Below, piece by piece: positions 35,097 to 44,900 of a DNA stretch of 64,000 bases. Origin of the DNA: Anaerovoracaceae bacterium (GTDB lineage: Bacteria > Bacillota > Clostridia > Peptostreptococcales > Anaerovoracaceae); contig JAZLHU010000051.1 of assembly GCA_045616985.1 (NCBI GenBank), positions 5,884-69,883 on the forward strand. The letters are read 5' to 3'. Position 1 is the first letter of the stretch, and every line of letters begins with the position of its first letter. The position numbers were made by a program, and so were the translations under genes. The notes below the pieces were generated by a model. That model was not told the origin of the DNA, made no database searches, and worked only from the letters and a program-made list of their open reading frames with translations.

Positions 35097-36019
35097 AAAA
35101 ACTAATTTGTATTTGTTTCAGTTTAATATTGGTGCTTTTGTGCGCGGGCCCGTGCTTTGCGGAGGTATATATTTATTCTCCGGACGGAGAGCTTCTTGAC
35201 GGAAATACCGGAACATCATCAACAAAAATTCAGCTTGAAAGCACATGCTACTATGACAAACCGAATAAGAGGTATGTGTACTCAACGGATATTTCTCCTG
35301 ATGCAAAGGTTGAATCATCCGTTTACAGCGGAATGATGGTAAGAGATTTCGTTGAGCTGATAATCGACCCTGCTGCAAATGTCGAGGTTTTCAGAGACGG
35401 ACAGCCTGTAGATTCTTCGGAATTTCCATACCTCACAATCCCCGGTGCTTACGTTGTAAGAAATCGTGCAACAGACAGAGAGGTATTGTCCTTTACTATT
35501 GTAAATGAAATTACGGGAGCAGTTAATTCATATAAGCTTCCCTCCCTGTTCTATTATTCATCTGCAAATTACGAGGGTGAGGCTGTTCCGACTGATTTTA
35601 ATTCCGTCAGCTTTGATAAGGATGGTTGGTACACTCTCACATACAGATCATCGATTGTTGATGCTGAATATTCACTTAGCGTAGTAATAGATCACACATA
35701 TCCCGAGCTTGAGATTATCGGTGTTGAAAATGATGTTGCCAACGGCCCTGTAAGCTTTGGTCCCACAGAAGAAGGTTCAAGCCTGACACTTACCTTAAAT
35801 GGTGAGCCTTTGGATTTCTACAAAGACGACATCCTTAAACAGGCCGGAAAATATGTGGTTAAATATACAGACCGTGCAGGAAATACCAGCTCTTATTATT
35901 TCACAATGAACATCTTTCTTGATGGCGGAGCATGGATATTTGTCGGCATGGCCGCTGCAATAATTATTGCAGTAGTTGTTTATATGATTCATTGTAAAAA
36001 ACATACACGTGTAAGATAA
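35093..36019 (+). CDS. Surface-exposed protein with a C-terminal TM anchor, function unknown
   Basis: Signal peptide (..PCFA|E) and a C-terminal TM segment GAWIFVGMAAAIIIAVVVYMI with a basic tail. It overlaps the upstream stop by 4 nt. Confidence 0.6.
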   Translation: MKKLICICFSLILVLLCAGPCFAEVYIYSPDGELLDGNTGTSSTKIQLESTCYYDKPNKRYVYSTDISPDAKVESSVYSGMMVRDFVELIIDPAANVEVFRDGQPVDSSEFPYLTIPGAYVVRNRATDREVLSFTIVNEITGAVNSYKLPSLFYYSSANYEGEAVPTDFNSVSFDKDGWYTLTYRSSIVDAEYSLSVVIDHTYPELEIIGVENDVANGPVSFGPTEEGSSLTLTLNGEPLDFYKDDILKQAGKYVVKYTDRAGNTSSYYFTMNIFLDGGAWIFVGMAAAIIIAVVVYMIHCKKHTRVR

Positions 36020-36038
36020 AGAAAGGAGGGAAAAACAT

Positions 36039-38000
36039 ATGTCAGCGATTATTCTTCTTGGCGTATTGATGATCTTCATAGAAAAGATTCTGTTTGCAAT
36101 AGAAGCTTTGCTTTGTAGGATTGTTGATATTTTATACGATGCTTTCGAGATGTTTGCCGGAATCACGCCGGTTACATACGAAGGGAAAAATACATATTTT
36201 TTAGATGTTTTTTTCTCCAATAAGGTTGTTTCCACAGTATATTGGGGCATGGCCTGCATAGGCTTTGTTATGATATTCGGCTTTGCCATTGCTTCTATGG
36301 TCAGAAAGATGTTCGACCATACAGGAGAAAAGGTTAAGGCCACATACGGCATGATACTTTTGAATGCATTTAAGGCTTTCCTGATTATCCTGCTTTTGAC
36401 CGCCATTGTCAGCGCTACGATCAGCGCTACCGGTGTACTTCTGCAGCGAGTCGATTTTCTGTTTGACAACGCGGAGGATATGGCAAACCCCAGCCGCATA
36501 GTCTTTGGTGACGATGATTTTGCAACCATGTTCCGGATATTTGATACCATCGGAAACTATTCTCTTAATCCGTCCTATGACAGCAGGTTTAATATAAACT
36601 CGTGCTTTAATGCCATACGCTATGATATGCAGCTTCTGGATAAGAAGGGGGCTTTCAATTTCTCATATACGGCACCCGAGGCAAGCGAGTATCAAAATAA
36701 CAGCAGCTGGCAGTATGCACTCCTTCGGGTATTTACTGCACATGATATATACGAAGAAATGCCGATAGATGCATACGACGAGAATGTTATGCAGGCAATT
36801 CAGAATTGTATGTATCAGATAAAAACAAATAAAGAATTCAAACCTCTTGCTGCTTACAGCGAGCCGGGTTATACAGATAATTTCGGAACAACTCTGGGAA
36901 GAACGATTATGCTTTCCTGCTCCTTCGAATGTGCAAAAAACAGCAAATACAATAAGGATCCTTCCGTTGTAGACGGCTTAAGACGTCCTTACTATGTTGG
37001 GGATAAGAACGTATTCTCATACGATCAGATGTCCGAGGACTTTGACATAGGGCTCTTCTCCTGGAACCATGTTGTCTGTCTGTTTGTTGCAATTATTATT
37101 ATTATTGAAATGGCAAAGATTCTTATCAATGCCACCGCAAGAGTATTCAATATAATATTGCTGTACCTTACGGCGCCTGCCTTTGTTGCGGTAATGCCGC
37201 TTGATGACGGCGGAAAATTCAAGCAATGGACAACGGCATTCGTAATACAGAGTCTTTCCATTTTCGGTTCGCTCTTTGCCGTAAGACTTATCATGATATT
37301 TATTCCTATTATCTTAAGTCCGCAGCTTATTCTTTTCAAAGTTCCTATTGCAAATATGTTTGCAAAGCTTGCATTTATAATCGGAATTTGCATCACAGCT
37401 GCCAAAGCCAGCGGAATGATCAGCGGTATTCTGGCAGACAATGCAGGATATCAATCCATTATGGCAGGCCAGGTTGCAGACGGTGTTGTAGGAAGAGCAA
37501 CGGCACTGGCAGGAAGAGCAGTTGTCGGCGCAGCAAAGCTTGGGTTCAAGGTCGGTACAAAAGCTTTAAGCGGTGTCGGATATGCAGCAGGAGTTTCCCA
37601 AAAACTCGATAAAGCCGGTGAAGGCATAAAGAATATGGGCCAATCCATCAAGGACAAGGGCCTTAAGGGTGCCTATAAGAGCGGCTTTACAACAAAAGAG
37701 CAGGACGACAAGAAGAAACAAGAGCTGAAAGAAGAAGCAAAGGAAAGAGATACAAAAGAATTCAGGGGTGCTATCCTTGATTTTATGGGCAATATGAGCG
37801 GCGGCGGAGGCCCAAAAGGCGGTGGCCAGGGCGGCAATCAGCAAGGTAGCGAAAACGAATCCGATCCGCAGTCGCAACAGAGTAAGAATTTCACCAATCT
37901 TTTTGGTCCTGATCCAAAACAGCAAGGCGGCAGTGGTTCCGGTTCCAAGGTTGCAAAAGCGCCTCCTGTAACCAATTTATCAAATAAGGTCGGAAAGTAA
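36039..38000 (+). CDS. Polytopic membrane protein (VirB6/TrbL-like role inferred) with a disordered G/Q/K-rich tail
   Basis: Strong RBS GGAGGG. There are at least six hydrophobic helices. The tail reads GGGGPKGGGQGGNQQG. The role is inferred from position and topology only. Confidence 0.55.
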   Translation: MSAIILLGVLMIFIEKILFAIEALLCRIVDILYDAFEMFAGITPVTYEGKNTYFLDVFFSNKVVSTVYWGMACIGFVMIFGFAIASMVRKMFDHTGEKVKATYGMILLNAFKAFLIILLLTAIVSATISATGVLLQRVDFLFDNAEDMANPSRIVFGDDDFATMFRIFDTIGNYSLNPSYDSRFNINSCFNAIRYDMQLLDKKGAFNFSYTAPEASEYQNNSSWQYALLRVFTAHDIYEEMPIDAYDENVMQAIQNCMYQIKTNKEFKPLAAYSEPGYTDNFGTTLGRTIMLSCSFECAKNSKYNKDPSVVDGLRRPYYVGDKNVFSYDQMSEDFDIGLFSWNHVVCLFVAIIIIIEMAKILINATARVFNIILLYLTAPAFVAVMPLDDGGKFKQWTTAFVIQSLSIFGSLFAVRLIMIFIPIILSPQLILFKVPIANMFAKLAFIIGICITAAKASGMISGILADNAGYQSIMAGQVADGVVGRATALAGRAVVGAAKLGFKVGTKALSGVGYAAGVSQKLDKAGEGIKNMGQSIKDKGLKGAYKSGFTTKEQDDKKKQELKEEAKERDTKEFRGAILDFMGNMSGGGGPKGGGQGGNQQGSENESDPQSQQSKNFTNLFGPDPKQQGGSGSGSKVAKAPPVTNLSNKVGK

Positions 38001-38038
38001 ACAGTGATTAAATCAAGTGCATTTTAAGGAATATTGAT

Positions 38039-41000
38039 ATGAGAATCATTCCGGGTAATACAAAAGTTCAGATAGAAATCTTTAAGGGCGTAGGCCTGTG
38101 GGATCTTTTTATAGCTGCAATAGGCGCAATAATGCTTACCCTTATCTTGGTTTCTACACTTCCGTTTAAGTATGTATTTGCGGTGATCCATTTTTTCATT
38201 GTGGCCTTGCTGCTTATACGGCTTGACAAAGAACCGAACTATCTTTATCTGCTCCATATAATCAGACACTTTGCATTCAGCAGAAGGTTTGAAAGAACGG
38301 ATAAGGATGAAGTTCTCTTTGACATTGCAGACAGAGGTGAAAACGAAGTAGCTTTTGATGAAATCTTCAAGGAAGAAAAAGAGCCGGAAGAGGAAGAGAT
38401 TATTGAAACGGCTGCCGAAAGGAAAGAACGTTTAAAAAGAGAAAAAGAAGAATATAAAAGAGATACAAAGCTTTTAAAGAGCAAAAAGCTTACCAAAGAG
38501 GAAGAGGACGCAATTTGGCTTAAGCGTGCAAAACAGTCCGAGGCAAACAAAGCACAAAAAAAGACAGCAGCAAATAAAAACAAAAAGAAGAAACAGGTTT
38601 GGGAAGAGATGGAAGACCTTAATGCCTTTACCGGCATTAAGGATGGTTTTATTGAATACGGAAGACATTATTATGGTGTCGCTTTGGAAATTGACAGCGT
38701 TGAGTTCAGATTCTTCAGCGAATTTCGAAAGACCAATTCCATCGAGAACGGACTCGGTTCTGTTTTTCGCGGATTAAAATCAGATTATTCTGCAAACCTT
38801 ATTAAGATTGAAAGACCTGTAAGCTATGAAGAGCATCTGCGGCAGGAAAATGAAAAATTGGAACGCCAAAGGCGTGCCTTCGAGCATGGCTTAATTAACG
38901 AAGAAGAATTAAAGGCAAGAATAGCAATTATATACGACAGAATATACGAGCTCAGCGATTACAAGGATAAATCAAGAGTGGTTATTCCGTTCTATTACCT
39001 TGTATTCTTCGACAGTGACAAACAGCAGCTCGATTTTGCCATAGATTTTACTATAGACATGCTGCGTTCGGGAGAAATAAAGGCAAAACGTCTTAATGAC
39101 AAAGAGCTTGCACTCTTCTTAAAGTACTCTAACCAAATTGATTTTGACGAAAACGATATAGAAAAAATTCGCCCGGAGGATTATACAAAATGGGCTATGC
39201 CGGAAAAGACAGAGTTTACCATGAGACATGCTTTGGTAAACGGAATGACAACGCACAACTTCAGGGTTACAAACTATCCGGTTACTGTTAATGATGCCTG
39301 GCTTGCCACCCTTATGAGTTATCCTGCAGTTAAGGTTATGGTAAAGTTTAAGCCGATGGACAGCGGAAAGGCCATAATTGCCATCGATAAATCTTTGGCG
39401 GAGCTGCGTGCAACCGTTGCATCTGCCAAAACAGATTCTGCAGCATTGGAAGCCCAGACGCACTTAGAAACCCTGCAGATGCTGCTCTCTTCGCTTCAGG
39501 GAGATAATGAAACCCTGCTGAACACAAATATTTATGTTACTGCTTATGATGCCGTGCTGACAGATGAAAATCCTAAGTACGAGAATCTAAAGTACGATAC
39601 CGTTCGTGCACGCATAGCAAATATGAAGAAGCTGCTCAGAAGAGCATGGTCTGAGGCGGGCTTCAGGCTCAATAATATGGAATTCAACCAGGCCACTGCA
39701 TACATTGGCTCTCAGGTTTCAGGTTATGACCCCATGGAAAAGGACGGAAGAGGCATTCCGAGCAACTCCGTTGCCGCTTGTTATCCATGGGTATTCCCAT
39801 TTGTTATGGATGAAAACGGAAACAAGATGGGCAACAGCGATGGTGTGCCTGTATTTGTCGATTTCTTTAAGAGAAATTCCGAAAGAGTCAACTCCAACAT
39901 GGTTATTGTCGGAAAGTCAGGTTCCGGTAAATCCTATGCCACAAAGGCCCTTCTTTCCAACCTTGCAGCAGACGGCGCAAAGATCTTTATCTTAGACCCT
40001 GAAGATGAATATACGGATCTTTCCAGAAATCTTCACGGTAAGTTTATCAATGTTGCAAATGCCCAATACGGAAGACTTAATCCTTTCCATATCATCACCA
40101 ATCTTGATGATGATGAGGATGTGGGAAATGACTCTGCAGGCAACAGCTATGCAACTCACCTGCAGTTCCTTGAAGAATTCTTTAAGCAGATTCTTCCTGA
40201 TTGTGACAGAGATTCACTTGAATACTTAAATGCCCTTATTGACAGAATCTATGCTACAAAGGGCATAACACAATATACGGATTTCTCAAAGCTTAAACCG
40301 GAAGATTATCCGATATTCGACGATCTTTACGACGAGATATTAAAGGAATTCCAGCGTGTAGACAGCGAATACATCAGAGGTCTTTTAAGAACTTTGATGA
40401 ACTACATTTCGAAATTCTCCGAAGGCGGAAGAAATGCAGTTATCTGGAACGGACCATCAAGCATTACAACCGAAGAAAACTTTACTGTATTTAACTTCCA
40501 GACTCTGCTTGCCAACAGAAATACGACTGTTGCCAATGCTCAGATGCTCCTGGTGCTTAAGTATATTGATAATGAAATAATCAAAAACAGAGACTACAAC
40601 GAAAGGTACGGACTCGACAGAAAGATTGTTGTAGTTATAGACGAAGCCCATGTATTTATTGATACGAAGTATCCTGTTGCTTTGGACTTTATGTTCCAGC
40701 TTGCAAAGCGTATCAGAAAGTACAATGGTATGCAGATTGTAATTACGCAGAACATAAAAGACTTTGTCGGAACGGAAGAGATTGCAAGAAAGTCCACTGC
40801 AATCATCAATGCCTGCCAGTACTCGTTTATTTTCTCGCTTGCTCCAAACGATATGGACGACCTTTGCAAGCTCTATGACAAGGCCGGCGGAATTAATGAA
40901 AACGAACAGGAGCAAATAGTTCAGGCTCCCAGAGGAAGAGCATTTGTTGTAATGAGCCCAAGCTCAAGAACAAACATCAAGATTACCGTTCCTCCTGATG

Positions 41001-41917
41001 TAAAAGACCTCTTCAGCGATCCGAATTACGAAAACAAATACTTCACCGGAGAAGGCGGAGAAGAAAACTGGGCAGACTACATAGGAGATTCTCTTAAGCT
41101 TCGCGCCGAGAATCTTGCCGAAATAGGTATTGAGGAAGAAAAGCAGGAGGCAGTTGAGGAAATAAACTCTCACGTTGGACTCAGCTTCAGCGAAATCTCC
41201 TTCAGTGAGTATGATGCTCAGCAGAAGATGGAAGCAGAAGAAGCAAAAGCTGAAGTTTCTGAAATTGATATGGGCGGCCTTAGTCTTTCGGAAATGCTCT
41301 CCGATGCAAACGATGCTTTAGCACCGGCAACCAAGGTAATTATTCCCGCTCCCGTGGAGGTCCCGGCAGCGCCTTCAAAGACGGAAGAGCTTTTGGCAGA
41401 GCTTACCTTAAAGCTCGGAACCGAATCCATTGCCAACGAAATAAAGAAGGCGGTAAGAGAAGAGCTTGATAAGGAAATCCTTACAAGACCTGCTGTGGCA
41501 GCAGCTTCTGCGGAAGCCCCGCTGCCGGCTTCAGAACCTGCAGCAGAAGACCTTGATCTTGATTCGCTCTTCAATCTTACGGATACACCGGAGGAAAGCA
41601 CAGAAGAAACAAGCCGGCCGCTCGGAAGCATATTCGACTTTGCCGGTATCGACGATACTTCAGTTATTGATGATGACAAGGTTGAGGCTGAAATCGAACA
41701 GGAAGCTGCATTTGATGAAGACGACGAATTCATCGTTGGCGGCTCTGATGACGATGAAGACGGTGAATTCGATGTTATGGGCTTCCTTGCTCAGCAGGCC
41801 GCAGAAATCGAAGTTGATGAAAATGACACCTCTGTTGATGAATTTATAAACAGTAGTGAAACAGTTCTTGATGTAACATTAGAGCAGTTAGCAGCTTATA
41901 ACAAGAAGAGAAAATAG
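38039..41917 (+). CDS. Fused PrgI(VirB3)-like membrane domain plus VirB4-family conjugal-transfer-type ATPase, 1292 aa
   Basis: The N-terminal two-TM PrgI-like segment is followed by a KE-rich linker and then the VirB4 core with Walker A VGKSGSGKSYATK and Walker B VVVIDEAHVF. The last roughly 250 aa form an acidic, low-complexity tail. Confidence 0.8.
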   Translation: MRIIPGNTKVQIEIFKGVGLWDLFIAAIGAIMLTLILVSTLPFKYVFAVIHFFIVALLLIRLDKEPNYLYLLHIIRHFAFSRRFERTDKDEVLFDIADRGENEVAFDEIFKEEKEPEEEEIIETAAERKERLKREKEEYKRDTKLLKSKKLTKEEEDAIWLKRAKQSEANKAQKKTAANKNKKKKQVWEEMEDLNAFTGIKDGFIEYGRHYYGVALEIDSVEFRFFSEFRKTNSIENGLGSVFRGLKSDYSANLIKIERPVSYEEHLRQENEKLERQRRAFEHGLINEEELKARIAIIYDRIYELSDYKDKSRVVIPFYYLVFFDSDKQQLDFAIDFTIDMLRSGEIKAKRLNDKELALFLKYSNQIDFDENDIEKIRPEDYTKWAMPEKTEFTMRHALVNGMTTHNFRVTNYPVTVNDAWLATLMSYPAVKVMVKFKPMDSGKAIIAIDKSLAELRATVASAKTDSAALEAQTHLETLQMLLSSLQGDNETLLNTNIYVTAYDAVLTDENPKYENLKYDTVRARIANMKKLLRRAWSEAGFRLNNMEFNQATAYIGSQVSGYDPMEKDGRGIPSNSVAACYPWVFPFVMDENGNKMGNSDGVPVFVDFFKRNSERVNSNMVIVGKSGSGKSYATKALLSNLAADGAKIFILDPEDEYTDLSRNLHGKFINVANAQYGRLNPFHIITNLDDDEDVGNDSAGNSYATHLQFLEEFFKQILPDCDRDSLEYLNALIDRIYATKGITQYTDFSKLKPEDYPIFDDLYDEILKEFQRVDSEYIRGLLRTLMNYISKFSEGGRNAVIWNGPSSITTEENFTVFNFQTLLANRNTTVANAQMLLVLKYIDNEIIKNRDYNERYGLDRKIVVVIDEAHVFIDTKYPVALDFMFQLAKRIRKYNGMQIVITQNIKDFVGTEEIARKSTAIINACQYSFIFSLAPNDMDDLCKLYDKAGGINENEQEQIVQAPRGRAFVVMSPSSRTNIKITVPPDVKDLFSDPNYENKYFTGEGGEENWADYIGDSLKLRAENLAEIGIEEEKQEAVEEINSHVGLSFSEISFSEYDAQQKMEAEEAKAEVSEIDMGGLSLSEMLSDANDALAPATKVIIPAPVEVPAAPSKTEELLAELTLKLGTESIANEIKKAVREELDKEILTRPAVAAASAEAPLPASEPAAEDLDLDSLFNLTDTPEESTEETSRPLGSIFDFAGIDDTSVIDDDKVEAEIEQEAAFDEDDEFIVGGSDDDEDGEFDVMGFLAQQAAEIEVDENDTSVDEFINSSETVLDVTLEQLAAYNKKRK

Positions 41918-41943
41918 TTTATCAGTACATAAGTAGAATAAAG

Positions 41944-44900
41944 ATGAAAAGATTCTTAAAAAGATTTACAACTTTATTATTGATTTTCGTAATGCTTTTG
42001 GAGATTGCTCCGCTAAGCGTCTTTGCAAGCGGTGGTGGCAGTTCGTCGCCCGCTACTCCGAGTGTAAATCACAACGCGGTAAATACAACCACTACAAAAG
42101 ATACACTTCCTGGTACTCCGGGCTATTTTACAAGCGGTCATGTCGGAAGAAGCGAAGATACGGCTAATATGCAGTCGTATATTTTGGCTGTTTCCCTGGG
42201 GCTTAAACAGGATGTGGAAATTGACAGCGTAATCATTTCGTATTATACAGACGCAGATAACGAAAAAAACGGTACCCCGTTCCATCAGGTTCTTGAGGTT
42301 AACAGAGTTGAGGGTGATGCGGGGATAAATGCTGCCATTTTAGAGGGCGTGAATGCCATCTATGATACCTCTCAGAACTGGCCTTTCTACGGCAGTAAAT
42401 ATGCAACCTTCAGAAGTCTTGTGGGAGACGGAACCTCCGCAAGTTCAAGCTACTACACTTTTAACAATACCAGATATCGCAAAAACTTCTCCAATTATGC
42501 AGCTTGGGCAAAAAGTCTTGTTCCGGATGTTGATACAAGCAAGTTCCCAAGCGCTGCCGAAAAATACGGAGTGTCTTTTCCGGCTTTCAGTACTGAATAT
42601 ATAAGATTCAGACTTGAGTACAATCTCTATACATTGGTATCAGTAGAATTTATTGTGTCTAAGACAGAAGGTCCGGGCTTATCGGGCGAATTTGCCATAA
42701 ACGGCTGGTCGCTATTTAAAGAGGCGACAAGTAAGAGTAACGGAAAGACTGTCAGTGCAGGTCTTTCTGCAACCAACTATGCTTTTATTTCTGATAGATT
42801 AGGTCTTACCTTCAGCGGAACGCCGCTTGGTAAAAGCACAGACATTGCAAATACAAAGACAAACACCGGTGTTGTTGTAACCAAAAACAGCTCCATAAAA
42901 TACTTTAATAAGTATGCAAAGGTTATGCCTGTTGATAAACTGGATAGTAAAGAAGAATTTCCGAATTCAAAAGACTACGATATCTACAGAACAGATACTC
43001 TGGACGGAAATCTTATAACCTTATGCTGCACTTGCACTCCGGAACTTCTTACTGATGTAAGCGCTCCTGTTCTTGAAATTTATAATTTTGAGATTGCTCT
43101 TGCGGATGTTTATGAGGGCGGAATTGAGGGCTTTAACGTTGTTAAAGGCCTTGGAGAAGCAGGCAATCCTTTAAATCTGCACGATATGCTTACTGCAAAC
43201 ATAGAATATGTGGACTCCTACGGAATATTGCAGACTGTCTCTGTTCCGGTTATTTCCAATGCGCTTTTGGAATATGGCATACCTGTTGATGCAAATCTCA
43301 GCCAGGCATTTGTAGATGCAGTCAAAAACGGACAATATGTAAGCTTTGCTCAGCAGGGCGATAAGCTCTACTTCTCGGTTGAATTTCCGGGAATTCAGAA
43401 GATTAATGCCGTAAATTTGTCGTATTTTAACCCTGTAAGCTTAAACGATCAGGTTGCAATTTCCAGCATCGCAATCTATAGCAATGGCGAAATGCCGAAT
43501 GTGATTAAACAAAAGCTCCATGAATTAGAAAGTGCTTGGGCTAACTCAGTCAATGAACGCAATGAAGCTGAAGACAGAGCTGAAAGATATTATATGAGTC
43601 ATTACAGAATAGGGCGTCAAACTTATAGTAGAGAGCAATTGGCTGAAAGGGATTTTGGGTACAGAAGCTGGCTTGAGGATGTAGAGAGGCTTCGTGCAGA
43701 GGTCGAAAGCAAGAAGTTGGCTATGGAAACTTTTGAGAGAGCTGTCGGCGGTATGGCGAAGAAAGAGGATTCCCACAATCAGGTTGCAAGAAGAGATTTA
43801 TATGTAAAAGAGCCCGGCGAGATTATTTCAATGGACATAGGCAAAAACTTTATGCTTTATCTCAGCACAAATCCGGAAAACATTTGGCTGGATAACGGAA
43901 CCCTGGAATACAGATTCGAAATGAAGGATGTTTCCGACATTCCTTCGGAAAACCAGGCAATACCGAATCGTATTGATGTTAATGATATGTACCTTGTAAG
44001 TCTTACTGCCTCAAACATCGGCGTTGCATCGACTGTTGACGATTTGTACTTTAGCCTTGAATATATTGATAATCAGGATAATAAACAGGAAACCTCGGAA
44101 ATTCTTGTCCAGGAAGCAGCTCAGGAATTTGCAGGCTATGTTGCCGGTGTTGTAACAAAGGATACAAAAGGTGTAACAGGCGTAAAGGTAAATACTGCAG
44201 TTGATGTTGCCTACTATTACGGAATGAACCACGGCAACACCATGCAGTTCCTTGTAAGGGCAAAGAATGCCAAGCAGTTTACTGCAGCCAACTTCAGAAT
44301 GGGCGACGGGGAAGACGAATGGCAGATGAATCATATGACCATAACAAGACTTGAGTCATACGGTAAGCGTCAATTTATAAAGCTGAATGCAACAGATTAT
44401 ACATCCGTCACGGATACAGGTGAGGTTGATTTTTCATTAAATCATACATACAAGAGAGACGTAAAAGGTCAGCTTTTAAACGATGTTGACATTGTAATGC
44501 TGCTCCAAAGAAAGGGAGAAGGCCGCATAGATCTTATTAAGGGCTCAACAGAGACAAAAGAAGAAAAGCGCGAGAATTACGAAGAATACGAATACTCAAT
44601 GACCTACGAAATGGCAACATCAGACCTTAAGTTTGATACGGCAGTTCAGCAATATGAAGTAAGGGTTAAGGTTGCTCCAAACTCCAGTAACTCTGTTGTA
44701 TCCGATAACAGCGGATCGAACAATATGTTCTACTTCCAGCTTGTATTTAAGAACGGCAAGAAGTCAGGATATGTTCTTGCAAATAAACAGCTGTCTTCGG
44801 ACGGCTTCAGATCCGGCGTAACGGAGAGCTTCATCATCAGCACAAATACAGACTGCGGAGATGTTTCTGCCGTTTACGTTATTGCCGATGATATTTCAAG

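Noticed and set aside
35795-36550. A 251-aa ORF on the minus strand spanning the junction of two + strand genes.
   Set aside because: It is antisense to two well-supported + strand genes (strong GGAGGG RBS at 36039, with coherent signal peptide and TM features). It has no RBS, and its composition is typical of a shadow ORF.
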